A DNA stretch of 64,000 nucleotides from Psilocybe cubensis (taxonomy: Eukaryota). The stretch's first letter is position 1. Every line of letters begins with the position of its first letter. The notes beneath the pieces were generated by a model. That model was not told the DNA's origin. It made no database searches and saw nothing but the letters and a program-made list of their open reading frames with translations. The position numbers and the translations under genes were made by a program. Below, one piece after another: positions 1 to 13,200 of this stretch. The stretch spans positions 62,001-126,000 of the forward strand of contig CM038998.1 of the NCBI GenBank assembly GCA_017499595.2, given 5' to 3'.

Positions 1-59
1 CAGAACGCATGAAAAATACCGCAAGTTGACGTACTTACCAACTCTCCTTTAATATCTTC

Positions 60-630
60 TAACAGGTCACCTCGCGGGAAGTCGATACATTGCGTCCGAG
101 CATTCAGACTATGGAATAAAGGTCAGAATGTGCCCAAAGCACTTACCATATTTTGATATACAAGTTGGGTAGATGGCAGTTTGCGGGAAATTGATACATT
201 GCGTCGGAGCTATAAAATAGCAGATGGACCGCTCGCGGGAAGTCGATACGTTGCGCCAGAGTATTCAGACTATAAAGTAAACGTCAGAAAGTGACCAGAG
301 CACTCAAAGTCAACTTACTTACCACTCAATGTACAAGTTGGGTAAGTCGGCAGCTCGCGGGAAGTCGATACGTTGCGTCGGAGTACTCAGACTATAAAGT
401 AAACATCAGAAAGTGACCAGAGCACTCAAAGTCAATGTACTTGCCATATCTCGATGTACAAGTCGAGTAGATGGGCAACTCCCGGGAAATCAATACGTCG
501 TGTTGGAGTATTCAGTCTTTAAAAGACCCGATGGACCGCTCGCGGGAAGTCGATACATTGCCTCTGAGCATTCTGGGCTGAAAAAAAAGGTCAGAACAAC
601 TCCCTAACCCTGCAAAGTGATGTGCTTACC
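60..630 (-). repeat. Degenerate tandem repeat (core CTCGCGGGAAGTCGATACRTTGCG, ~6 copies) with minus-strand intron signals; second copy at ~13260-13830
   Basis: Core at ~71, 181, 232, 354, 480 and 540. On the minus strand GTAAGT...CTGAC...TAG introns lie between repeats (e.g. 270-322). The exon examined has stops in all three frames. Confidence 0.75.
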
Positions 631-3324
631 AACAAGTCACCCTCAATACGACACCAGCTGTCCACACAAATGCAAAAGTCAGTACAGTGATCAACACCAG
701 ATGTAAACTACATACCTTTCAGTCACCAAGCCTCTTTGCTCAATGTTCACCGGCCGTCCAAATCTCAAATCGAACCCTGAAATGCATGGTCAGTACCGTG
801 GAACTCTGATGACAACTGAAAAACTTACCCATGGTGGTGGTTCATAGTCAAAGTGTGATGCGACGGCAGTGTCCATGTTTGGCATGGCCAAACAACGGAT
901 AGCGGTGGTGGAACATTCGCCCAGCATCAGGGCATAATGCACGGCTGGAATTCAGCAAATGTACTCCCTCTTTATACATTTTTTTGCCAAGGGGTGTCGA
1001 AAGAACTGCGTTGAAATGGAGACATTGCACAAAAACTACGCAAAATACAATGACGTGGCACTTGAGTTCAGACAATTTGAACATCTACGAGGCGCCGACT
1101 GTACTGAAACCCTAAACTCTCTCACATTTCGAGCGGTGCTTGCTAGTTAATCTGACGCTTGCTAGGTTGATATCTACCGCAAGTGCGAGGGAGTACGATA
1201 AGAGATTGGGAAAAAGGCAAATGAGCTGATGCAAAAGATGGTGGGGGTAGAGGTGTAAGAGAGCGACGAACCGGTAGGAGCTGGTTCGACGTATTTGAAG
1301 GGTAATATCTCACACTCGTGTGCTTGATGCTCGCATTTCCGGTAGAATGCTAAAGTCTTGCAACAGGAGGAAAGTAACCTCTTCTTTCGTCGTGTGGCTG
1401 CTTTACCCTGTGTCCAGACTCGTTGTGGGTGGCCGTGGCGGTCTGGTGGAAAGGTAAGAGCTGACGTTGCGTTGTTGCCGAGTATAGATATGTGATTTCT
1501 GATTAAAGTGTTATTTGCGTTGTATGCAAAGATGTGCATTCTCGGTGCTTAACTGATGTTCATAGTCAATGTAAAGTTGAATATCGCACACCGGGCACAG
1601 TGAATCCCAAAGTCATACAGACAGTCCAGGTAACAATTCCACTTCCAATCAGGGGCTACTTTACATTGAAATAGACGTACACTAGGTAAAAGTGTTATTT
1701 GAATGAAGTGGGCATTCCAATCATGACTCCGCACAACGGTACGCGATGAGAACAAAATTTCCGACATACCAACCATTAATCCGGGCACAATCAGCAGTCC
1801 TGCACCACAACCAACGTACTCAGAAGCTCCAAAATCCAGGAAAGACACGGAAACGACGCAGAATGGCTCGCCACGTACGTCGAATCCTCCAAATGCAATG
1901 GGGCCGATGTCGTTTTCCCTCACTTCTTCTGACCTTGTAGGTCGTGTAACGGCACTGTAGCCGATCCGAGCAGGTCTCTGCTAGTGCCCGAGAAGACCCG
2001 TAACGAAAGGAAAAGTTGGAAACAGGCTGGAATTGCAAATTAGGGGAGGGAGAGGATGTGGACATGTACGTGAGTTGGAAATTTTGAAAAATTTGTTGTG
2101 ATTGTTCACGGTACGAGTACCGAATGTTGTACTGCGTAGTCCAACTGTACAGGGGAGTCTGCGAAATGAGTTTAACGTTCAGGTATTTCTTCATTTTTGT
2201 TTGATTTCGTTGAGACTATATTCGGGCGCTTATCAGTTTTTGACACCTTCAACTTTGCTCAGCCGCACTCAACTTTAATGAGGCACCGATTCAGGTACAT
2301 TACATACTTTTTTGCGCCTTTAAAACTCTAATAGTCCTATAGAACTACAGAGACAATGAAAATATGTGATGTACCCGAGTTCACATCTCAGCGTGAACAT
2401 GTCCAATTTTCAACCATTATTTCTGCACCACGCACCGCCAAGTCTTCAAACGGACATCACAGCACCCAATTGTGTACACCGATGCCCTTCAAATGGCCAA
2501 AATGCATCAAACAGCCGCGGTACATACACCACGTCGTTCTTACGAGCCTGTGCTGTATGACATTGAAAACTTCTTGCAGCCGGCTTCTGGGTTCTGTAGC
2601 ACCAAATCAAAGTTATCTTTGGTATCCGAGTAGTCTATAATAAGATATTTAGTGAATGGAAACGTTTGAAACATTGTAAATCAATGAATCAGGGGAGGAG
2701 GAAATCGGCATTGGTTTGAATATTATGTGAGTTCAATTGTGTTGGGATCAGTTCTGAAGATCAAAACAATATTATTACACTCTCGTAGGCTTATCTATCT
2801 GGTAGGTACACTGTCCAATAACGCAATGTGGAGAGCCAGGCTTCCGGGATGTATACTACGTTTAAATGTACTTAATCTGATTTCATTCAATTTGATTTTC
2901 GTAATGACAAATGCATTGACTAATATTATCTACCGTATACACTCTGTATTGATATCTACAGCTACTGAACCTCTAATGGAGGTCCAAACGTCTTGAATTT
3001 GCATGCCACGTCATTGTATTTTGTATAGTCGTCTCGCAGTTTTACCCCAAAATGAAGCTCTAGTGGCTCTGCATGGGCTTAAAATTGTTTACATTGAGGC
3101 CGGTTGCTTGTGCATTTATCTCAAAATCATGCCTATCGCAAGCTCTGTCTTGCACCTATCCATTCTGCATCTTACTCAATCCGCCGTGAAGTTGCCTGCC
3201 CACGTATTTATAGCTTATGTTCAATGTTTAAATGGTGTTAGACATGATATCATCAAACATAGCAATCTACCAACTACACCAGAACACTGTACTGTGACAT
3301 CCAAATACATTAGTACATACACTC

Positions 3325-3490
3325 CAACCCTAACCAGCTAAATATTTACTTGTAATTACCAACCCTAACCGGCCTAATCTGTGCTTTTGTGGTATATCGA
3401 GTCCCAACCAACCCTAATGCTAAACCCTAAACCATCCTAATATGTATTTTTGTGGTCACCACCAACCCTAAACTATAAACCCTAACCAAC
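3325..3490 (+). repeat. Degenerate telomere-like AACCCTAA(A) cluster; second copy at 16525-16690
   Basis: About six dispersed AACCCTAA/AAACCCTAA motifs within 165 bp. Confidence 0.6.
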
Positions 3491-4539
3491 GCTAATATGT
3501 GTTTTGTGATGTAGGTGAGCTCGAGCTGTTGAATAGCGCGCAGTCACTTACCACGTCGTTCTCAGCCACCCGACATTCTCCAAAGGTGAGTCGACACGCC
3601 CAGCGACCTCACCCTATTGTTCTAAACAACCCGCTATAGGTACAGACGCGAACGTAGTTTAGAACCGCGCCGAGGGTATAGGTGAGCATATTTTCCAACT
3701 TGAACCACTTACTGACGCGTGTTGTAGCCTCCTACACATGCGCCGGCTGATGATGGGTCACAACTTGTTGTGGACGGACGGATAAGTAAGCTTAGACTTT
3801 GGCATGGTGAGCAGAGACATACCACATCTCTCTATAACCACCCTGCCATTCTGTGTACGAGTTCTCCTGCTTGCTGACATGCCTAAGCACCGCACAGGTG
3901 AGCCCAAGCTGCTTCATAGCGTTAGGGTTTAAACCGCTGCGCTGAGCTCAAAGAAATTGGTCGAGATGATCTGTAATTCAATGAATTAGCTTGTTTCCAT
4001 TGAGAATTTCATTATACGTACCTTTCTAACGCGATGGGAATAGTATACCATGTAGCAGAATGAAGTGGGTACTCTGACCAGAATTTCACGGTATGAGGAA
4101 CTTAGTTATCATTGCATGAGCTGCCCAATTTTAACTCGAAACAAAACATCGAAATCAACATGAAATGAACAAACTCTGTGCTCAACAAAACATGAAAACA
4201 TATCTATTCAAGATCTACAGACAGACAGGAGTGTAAGATACAGAAGCACGGTGTACATACACTCGGCTAACGCTCGGTTTGCGCTCAAATTGTCTGTTGA
4301 TCCCAAAATTGGACCCTGAAAACAGCACGGTACAACCAAAAAATGGATAGCGTAGTGGGTGTATGTACAGCGGGACCGTGAATCGACTCACTTTTTCTCA
4401 TCTCGCTCCTCCTCCTCTGCCCAGCTCAGAGGGTCTCTCCCCTCTCTCCTCTGCTCTCCAATTTTTTCCTCTTCGCTCCGCGTCCTCTGGCAACCAACAT
4501 CATCATGTGAGCTGGGGGTTTGCCGCAGCGACTGACGAC

Positions 4540-5960
4540 TTTTTTTTGTTTGAATGCCAGGTCATCACCTGTGAAGACCCAAGGTAAGCAAACCAACACA
4601 GACACGTCCAGCGACTCACCTTGACACCCACACAGACCCCTCGACACGACGATGACTTCACCCAAATGCGCCGTGTCGCCGTCGTTGGTGAGTCCTAGTC
4701 ATAAGAAGTGCACACTCACCTCATCCTCACGTGTCTCTTCCAGTCAGCGGCATCTGTGTTGTCTGACACCCATTGGAGGTAAGTAATCGTGCACAGACGT
4801 GTCCAGCTACTCACATTGACAATCCCACGTTGACACATGCAAGCCTCTTTGAAACACACAAGACCCTTCACACGACACCTTGACTATTACCAACCGCGCT
4901 CGTTGGTGAAGATGCGCTGGGGCGCTGTTATTGGTGAGTCCAAGTCACAGTAAACCAAACATGCTGACTGACTCACCTCATCCGACGTGTCTGTTCCTCC
5001 CAGGGTCTTCTTGAATGCCAGGTCATTGTGTTGTATGAGGCCTAGAGGTGAGTAGTCCACGACAGTCGTATCCAACGCACACAAAACCCCTCGAAACAAT
5101 GACCTCGACTATCACTGACCCGTGTTCGCTGTTGAAGATGCACTTCGACGGTGTCATTGGTGAGTGCCAGTCACAATCAAACGGACACGCTCACTGACTC
5201 ACCTCATTCCAACGTGTTTCTTCAAGCCAGTCGTCATATTACTGAACCACAACACCCTTGACGTCTCCACCAGCCAGTCGCTATCGTCTGTTTTTTCAGC
5301 AGGTGAATCTTGAAAATGGTGAGTAGTCATATATCTCTGTCTACATTGGTACTCACAGCTTGCCTAGTTCCATTTCACTCAATGACATCCTCGGGACCCT
5401 CCACACTCATACCCTGTTGTGCTCATCGTCCATACTCCGTGTCATCGTCGAAAACCTGTCGGGGGTAGTCCGAAGCGAGTAGGGAGGGGGGGGGGGGAGG
5501 CGCAATCTTGTGGTGGACAAGGGGAAGCGGGGTTGAGCAGGATTGGATGGTGGGCTCAGGAACAGACACATCGCGATGAGGTGAGTTAGTGAGCGTGTTC
5601 CGTTTACTGTGACTTGGACTCACCATTAACAGCACCATGGCGCATCTTCGCCAGCAAACGTAGGTCAGCGTTGGCCAAGGTTGTCGTTTGAAGAGTCTTG
5701 TGTGCGTCGAAGGGCTTGGATGTGTCAACACGGGATCTGTGTGTTCAGGTAAGTAAATAGACGTGTCTGTGCTAGACTACTCACCTCTCAGCACATTTTG
5801 CCAGCGAACACGGGTCGGTAATAGTCTAGGTTGTCTTATCGAGGGGTCTTGTGTGTGTTGAGGGGCTTTTATGTGTTGACGTGGCGTTTGTGTGTCAAGG
5901 TGAGCAACAAGACATGTCTGTGCTGGACTACTAACCTCTAGGTGTCAGACAACACGTTTG
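4540..5960. repeat. Imperfect inverted-repeat array of ~250-bp units rich in GTRAGT and ACTCAC splice motifs; second copy at ~17740-19160
   Basis: The reverse complement of 5560-5790 aligns with 4775-5000 (e.g. GGTGAGTCCAAGTCACAGTAAAC vs GTTTACTGTGACTTGGACTCACC). Related direct units occur at 4550-4740 and 5010-5230. Confidence 0.8.
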
Positions 5961-6536
5961 TGTGGGCCTGTGAAGGGTGGGAACGTGGTGGTGCTGGGTG
6001 CGAGCGATGGAAGAGGGAAGAGAGTGTGTGGTCGTGGTTTATGTGGTTCCATGAGAGAACGGTGAAGAGAAAATTAGATCACTCACTGGACATTTGAACC
6101 CATCATCCCCTCCCCAACTGATCCTGCTTCGCTATCCACCAAGCAACCCACACATCTTAAGTGTTTCAAGCTTCTTTTGCCTTCTGTTTGAATTGTTGTA
6201 TTCAAGGTAGAGTTGGGTTGAGATGGCTAAAGGGGAAGTGTGATGTTGGGGAACAGATTTGCTGTATTATTTGTGAACCCTGAAGCGCACGATTGACACG
6301 AGAGGTTCGGAGTTTGAATGTCCTTGACAACAGCAAGGACAAACAACGCGACTCTTGGGCAGCGAGTATTGGCGGCGGCAGCGGCAGCGACTGCGGCTGC
6401 ATGGAGGTGGCGGCGGCAGCAGCGGCCCGGGGGTAGCGGCGCAATGATGCAAAGCGGCGAGCAAAGACGTCGGGCAGGTAGCAAGGGCATGCGTCGGGAC
6501 GGCGAGCGCAGGCGTCGGGGGCAGTGAGACAGGCGG

Positions 6537-6769
6537 GAGGCCGGCCTCCAGTGGCTGGCGCGTACGAGTGGAGGCCGGCCTCCACTCACACGTACGACGC
6601 GCGTACAAATCGAGGCCGGCCTCAGGTGGCCTCGACACATTTATTTTTAGACAGAGGCCGGCCTCCAGTGCCTGTCAAAGTTATTTTTAGACGGAGGCCG
6701 GCCTCCAGTGACCTCCATCAATTTGGAGGCCGGCCTCCAGTGGCCTCCATCAATTTGGAGGCCGGCCTC
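6537..6769. repeat. Array of seven GAGGCCGGCCTC palindromes (probable transposon subterminal repeats)
   Basis: Copies at 6537, 6571, 6612, 6654, 6694, 6726 and 6758. One extends to a perfect 22-bp palindrome at 6566-6587. Confidence 0.9.
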
Positions 6770-9700
6770 GGTAAAATACACATTTAATTATGTAGCACCT
6801 CCGTATGTACAAAATAAAATATTTTGAAAGTGGATTTGGGGGTTTTTGGGGTCCAGAAATCCGAATCTGCCATCAGATTTTAGGAATTCTGAACAGGAGG
6901 CCCAATGCAACGAAGGCCCCCCCTTTGGGGGGGAATAAGCTTAGGGAAGTGACCTTTTCCTCCGTCGTCGTTGACTGCTTCTCCCTGCGCCGCGAGTCGT
7001 CAGTGCTTCAGCACCCATGGTTTGTCGTGGGCAAAGTAAGAGGTGACGCCATGTTTGTTCTTGTTGTGCAAGAAGTGGATGAGCGGATGCAAACACAGCG
7101 GCGTTGGTTCCTACACTCTACACTCATTGCGTCCATATCAGAACACATGTAGGAGAAGCGGGAAAACATACCAATTATCATATATATTTTGACGAAACTC
7201 GCCTTGATGTTCCCCGGACTGTGTGAATTTGGGCCATCAAGACAGTCAGAAAGTGGTAGTAATGCTGTGCGAGACAGAAAGTATGGTTAGTTATGACTTT
7301 GAGATGGATGTCAGCTGAGGGATAATCAGAACCGAGACACTTACCAATGGTGCGTTCTCCTCATCGACTTCATTTTCCCGGTTTGCGGTGCGATGGTGGT
7401 GGATCGGACTGCCCACACACCCTGATACAATTGTGAATGGTGTTGAACCGTTTTCTGCTGCCGGAGGTTGCTACCGACAGCACAATCGAGCGGGGACGGA
7501 ATTCACTGAAGAACAATGATGTACCTCAAATCTTGGATTACTGTATAAGTGCACTCCTATCCGTTTACTGCAACAGATTTAGCGGTTATTGGTGAAGCTC
7601 CAGATACGTTTAAAATCATCGAGGCAGGGTTCATTGACCGCCAACTTCGACGATCGGTCAGTGTTTCTCCTTCAACTTTCTATCTTGTCGGCATTGTCTC
7701 CTTGATGCTTCCAGATAGCAACTACTCTTCGAAACCAATTATCTCAGCGTACATTCTGTGGGAGACGGGACCTCTCTATCAGGGTTAGTACCTCAGACGA
7801 GCGGCAGATGGATCATGGAGCTGTGTGAGCCTAGCTGTAGTGCTTTCACAAAGAAAGAGTAAGCAATTGACACATACATGCATATCCTCTTCTGTTCCCT
7901 CCAATATTCATGTCTCCCAACTTCATCGTTTGACTCTGCACACCTTCCCTCTTTGTGATCCCACTTTTTCTTGCTCTGTCAATCTCCCCCGTTCATCCAA
8001 TTCCCACATAATTCACAAAGGTACCCATCATTGCATCCATCCCCCCGCACTCTCCCAAATCCAGATATGCAAATGTTAAACCTCAACTATTTCATCTAGA
8101 CGAGTGATGGAATTATGACACGATTTTCCGTTGAAAAAGCAAACATTGAGAAATAGAGTTGTACTCACTAGTTTTGGGCCTTTCTTTATGTTGTAGTGCT
8201 TACATTCTGAGTGTGCGAACAGCCTATTGGATGACATTCTGATAAAATTAGCACAGACCGTGGTAAATTTAAACTCGTGTCGTGGTAAAGCTGTGGTCAA
8301 GTCGTGGTTTCATCAAAACCAATGGTGTACGTGTTGGTATTATCCTAGGGTGGTCTCTCTAAAGATGGTCTTCCGTAAAGCAGTTATTTCAACAGATGGT
8401 TAAGGGCGCAATTCTTCCAGATAATCTGAAATTTAACTGAGTTTATATCGGCCTATCACGGCAAAGCATATTTTGTCTTGCTGTGGGTGTTTCCGGCACC
8501 TTTACTTAGATTATTTTGATGCAGAAGGAGCCGAGATAAGTTGGAAACAAAAAAATCTGAGAAAAAATGACAAAAGTTGTTTGAAAGTGAACAGGACTTG
8601 GTATAGGTTCATATAAACCGGGTATTACTGTATCATTGATAAGAAAACCATTTGATACAGCAATGTATACCTAGGTCACAGTACGACCACACCAAAGTAC
8701 GTTGTTCAACCAAGGGTGTATGTACTAATGACTAAGTCCTTCATTACAAAACCTGACATAAATGTACGTATCAAAGTTCTAGTCTTGCTATTTTTGTAGC
8801 GACCAAATCCTGAAGCCGGACACTTCGCATTTTCAACGGAAAATCGTGTCATATGGAATGGACATTCCACTGCGACTCCTCGTGAAGGTTTCGTTGCGGC
8901 GCAGATCAGATTCACCATCCCTTACTCCCCGTTCAAGCGATACACATATCACGATTATTTCAAGTCCGACGAGATCAGGTAGGCGTTTGTGTGCTCTCTG
9001 CCGAGGTCGCGGTATCTCCCGCTGCTTAGAAGCGCTTTTAATCTGTATTCATGTGTGTTGAAGCGCAGGTATCAATATGTACTTGTTATAATACTCGCTG
9101 CCTTGACAATTTGCGTTTTAAATTGTGCTCACTCTGTGCTATCACTTAGAACGAAAAATCTGGTTGCATGTCTCCTGTATTGCTCTCGAGGCAATGTCTC
9201 AACTATCTTGAGGCTAACTAAACAAACTGATTCCGGGCACGATATCGAGCGCTTGGATATCAGAATCAAGATCTACACTCTGCAAGCGGTCCAGCCTGAA
9301 AGCTACTCTGATACACGTGCCGCCTTGCAACGTTTCCATCACTTCAGCTCAATCTCGCTCTTATATTACAGTGTATTCTCGGACATGTCACATATCAGAG
9401 GGCCCTCTGCAGTGATATCAATTAAAACTCGACGAGACACACGGAGACTCGGCCCATCTCCCTCTCGTAATGCCTCTCCCAGGCGCAAACCCTGCACAAA
9501 AAACAAATTTCATTATTCGTGCTCCCCCAAAGCGATCCGAGAAAGTCAACGTAACACGTGTATATGGGTACGTGCTTTGTTTGTTGACTGCATCTCCTCA
9601 TCCCCTCTCCGCTGTCCCCTCCTCTCCCCTCCTGTCCTCTGCACTGCTACAGCGCAACAGCATCCCAAGTCGTCGCTTTCCACCCTCAATTTGATGTCGC

Positions 9701-10267
9701 GGATCAGCTCCTTGTATGGTACGCAGTGGACTGCATGACGGATGGGTGAGTCGGGCAGGGTTGCATTTGACAGTGCGCTGACGGTGTGTTTTACAGATTC
9801 GGACGGGTCGGTGAGTCTTACACGGTCTTTTCTCGAACAACTCCAACATTGAATTTGACATAGAGTAACTCCAAACACATTGACAGCCTCCCAACATCTC
9901 CAAACCTCACACGACAACGACTCATTTTCATAAACCTTCCAAAGTTCGCAACCCTCTTTTACTTGTTTTCACCCGTTCACTGGATTTACTGATCATCTCA
10001 GTGCTGTGCACAGATTTATATCGGGCCTGTCCATCAAGCACCACTTGGCTCAGACCACCACCATGTACACGTTGATTGAAAAGCGACTCAATCCGGACGG
10101 TGAAAGACAGAAATGTGAAAGCTTCAGTGGGATAACCAAAGAGATATTTGTGGTTGGAGCATGTATACAAGTTCTCCTCGCAGGTTCCGTACTGATTTCC
10201 GAGAGCACAGCGACGGGTTCTTTTGCGAGACGAGCACGCCACTACACGGGACACACCTACATGTGCA

Positions 10268-10950
10268 GAGACGAGTCAGCAATACAACTCGCTAGGCATG
10301 TACAAGTTGGGTATGGTGAGTACAGCATTAGATAGAGGCTGTCAACGACACTAACCTTGACAGGAGCCCTACACACGGATCTGCGGGGAGGGATGGAGGA
10401 CGCGTCGGCGCAGCGTGTTCAAGCTCTTCATGAGTAGCTCGCCATGAACAAGCTGGCCACGCTGGTGAGTATGTCAGTAAAAAGAGGTTTACGGGGTCAC
10501 CAACCTTGAAAAGAGACCTCAACGGAGCGGCGTTTCGAAGCAGCAAGGGCGGCGACGACTTCACTTTGGGAGGTGGGACACATGTCGAGACGAGTCGGCA
10601 AAACGTGGTTGATGCGACTTGCTAGGCATGTACGAGTTGGGTATGGTGAGTGCAACATCAGATGGAGGCTGTCAGCAAAACTAACCTTGACAAGGGCCCT
10701 CAACAATATTCAAGCGCGTCGTTGTCGAGTCAGCAAAGCGTGTTCAATTCAACAATAACCCTCAACGTCACGCGAGCGCATCGTTTTCGAGGTGGGTTGC
10801 ACACCGTTTAGTCTTGACAAGCGCATCGGAAACGCGTGTTCAACCCATTTTCTGGACGCGGATGTGTTGAGTCTGGTGAGTACACTGTCGAAAAGAGGCT
10901 GTGAAGGACACTAACACTTTGCAGGCCCGTCTACAACACGTCGTTTCGAG
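10268..10950 (+). repeat. Direct repeats of exon/intron-like modules
   Basis: GCTAGGCATGTACRAGTTGGGTATG|GTGAGT...CTAACCTTGACA at ~10291-10362 and ~10621-10692. A related TG|GTGAGTA...AAAAGAGG module occurs at ~10463 and ~10874. Confidence 0.7.
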
Positions 10951-11827
10951 GGGGATGGCATGCGGAACCGCTGATGGAGGGTCCTTCAACGTCAGGCGAG
11001 GGCGTCGTTTCGAGCTGGGATGGACGGTGGGGCGTCCGCGTCATTGTTGGTGTGTGTTGATGAGTTGGAGCGCGCGGAAGACTACATACTTGGGGGTGAG
11101 TACCACACCCACCTTCAACGTAGCAAGCTCACTGACCTTCCCAATACTTTCAGCATGCAGTCACTGACCTTGTCGTGGTATACGCATGCTGTCGCAATGC
11201 GTGAGCAACATAGTCAGCAATTCCATTCCAAATGAACGCGTTGTGAGCCGCTTACCTTGCTTGCAAGGTGGATGGTCTGCCGCTCGTAGTGGTTGCGAGA
11301 ACGCCCTGCTCGGCCTGGAAGAGGTGAGTGATAATGTGTGCACCAGCAACAAGGTACTTACCGCAATGCGTGCAATACGGCCACGTCAGTCCTAACCAAC
11401 AGAGCGCGCTGGTGAGCTGGAGGCCGAGTGCGAATGGGAGAGGGGGATGAGGAAAACTCGGTCAGTCCCTACCCTCCTTTTATAAAGTCCGTACCTCCCT
11501 GTGTTGGCATGTATATCCGCATTCGTGTCTACGTTGAATAAAAAAATAAACGTGACGCCCATGTTTGAAAGGGTAAAGACGCGAACGAGACAACCGGGCG
11601 CTAAGCGAGAGGTTGCGCAACATGTTTGGTTCGACTTTCATTCGACTTGCATCTCCCCGTTCCTGTTTGTTAGATTTCCATATCAAACTCGCGTGCTTCC
11701 CTCTCAATCATTGTCCACAAGACTGAGAACGCCGAATAATGCCTTGTCGAGTTAAAAAAAAACACAAAACACAAACCAAATCACGTAAAACGCACCTGCT
11801 CTCAACACTCTGCCTCTCCTGTCCAAC

Positions 11828-13160
11828 CTACTCCGCATGATACCCAAATTTGACGATGGAGTAGGGCTTGACAACGCGCTTGATGCTACCTTTGAGGAGC
11901 GCCTCGTACAGCTTGGGGAGGTGCATGGGGATTGTTGGGTCGGATTGGAGTTCTGTTGGTGGTGTTGTGGGAGGGGTGGTATATGGGTTTGGGTGTGTGA
12001 CGTGGTATTGGAACGTGGGGTGTGTGTGGGATGTGTGGTGTGGGTGAGAGGATGAGAGGAACGACATGAGGAGTGGGGATGGACAAAAAAGAAAAGGTCT
12101 TCAGTAAGTGTACCGCATCATAGTCATAGAAGATGGAAGAAAAAAGCGAAGCAGCACCCAACCAACAAAGTACGACAAACCGCGAGAACACAATAGCACG
12201 ATTACCTGCATCGAAGCACACACAGCATGTTCCACTGCGCATACAAGCATCCATGGGAACCATTAGTGGGTTAGGTGCATTGTGTTGCATGTTGCAATTG
12301 TGTGTTGCGCTGTGTACGTTGCATTGTGATTGTGTTTTATGCATCATTCACTGCACGCATAAACACACTGGATCTGCATGTATGATATGCTGTACGATAC
12401 GCAACGGAGCAGCCTCATGGCGAGGGGTGTGATAGGGCCAATGATGACGATGGTGAGGAGATGTTACGTGAATGCCCCCAGAAAACGAAAGAAAAGGAAG
12501 CAATACACAACAAAAAGAAAGAAGAGAAGAGACGAAACGACGGACGTACCATTGCAATACACCCTCAACACCTCGCCAAACTCCTCAGATCTCATCCCTG
12601 ATGCCCACGTGCTACGACGTGTATGGTGTTGACGAGTTTGAGCGTGAGGAGCGCGTTGACGTCTTCCGACTTTCATTTTCATGGGTGGGGTGAGCTGATA
12701 AAGACGTGAGGCGATGGAAAGAAGGGACTTACAAAGTTGAACATGACTGTTTAACATGTACTTCAACGCTGAACCAATTTATCCCTGCTCATTCTTCGTG
12801 TCCCCTCCAACCTCCTTCGCCCTAGCCTTCTCTTCTTTATCCTGAACTTTGCCACCAGCCGCGGAAGAATCTTTCATGCCCGCGGCGCTGAGATTCTTGA
12901 ATGCCTCAAAGAAGGAGGAGGAGACGGTGCTGTAGTCTTTGCCTTTGGCGTGCAGGATGCAGGATTGCATGTCGGTTTGGGATTGGAGGTAGGGTGGGCC
13001 ATAAATTGAGCTTGCGGCGGTGCTGAAGGAGGTTAGGGATACAGATATGTGCCTATGTGTGTGCGTGTGTGCGTCGGAGGGTGGATGAGGGAACGAGGGA
13101 GAAAGGCTGAGCTCTGTGAGAAGTGTCTTGATGAGCGCGAGTTGACTGTCATAGTTGGCT
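11828..13160 (-). pseudogene. RPN6: Decayed intron-containing fragment of 26S proteasome lid subunit RPN6/PSMD11
   Basis: Pieces in colinear order: LALIKTLLTEL, STAASSIYGPPYLQSQTDMQSCILHAKGKDYSTVSSSFFEAFKNL, LKYML, SEDVNALLTLKL, ELQSDPTIPMHLPKLYEALLKGSIKRVVKPYSIV. These resemble RPN6 motifs as I recall them (IYCPP..Q...D.QSGILHAE.KDY.TAYSYF.EAFE). Stops, frameshifts and deletions are present. Confidence 0.82.
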
Positions 13161-13200
13161 TTTATGTCGCGTCAGAGCCCTCTGGCTACACAAACGAGGT

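Larger units (their letters stand above)
1..6950. repeat. Copy 1 (left end outside window) of a long near-identical direct repeat; partner at 13201-20150
   Basis: Position 1 matches 13201 and the ORF track repeats at +13200/+13201. Differences seen: a G-run indel near 5490, G/C at ~6912, and TTAGGG vs TTAGG at the end. Confidence 0.97.

Noticed and set aside
60-630. Repeat-spacer-like pattern suggesting a CRISPR array
   Set aside because: Eukaryotic context, degenerate repeats, 'spacers' that are themselves homologous, and no cas genes.
6202-6787. Several overlapping ORFs of 69-137 aa
   Set aside because: By-products of GC-rich palindromes and GCG/GCA low complexity; no recognisable domain.
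8989-9738. 249-aa ORF
   Set aside because: GTG start, no family motifs and non-protein-like composition; not supportable as a gene.
10299-10313. 15-mer TGTACAAGTTGGGTA shared with 330-344
   Set aside because: The similarity does not extend; it could be chance and no function can be argued.
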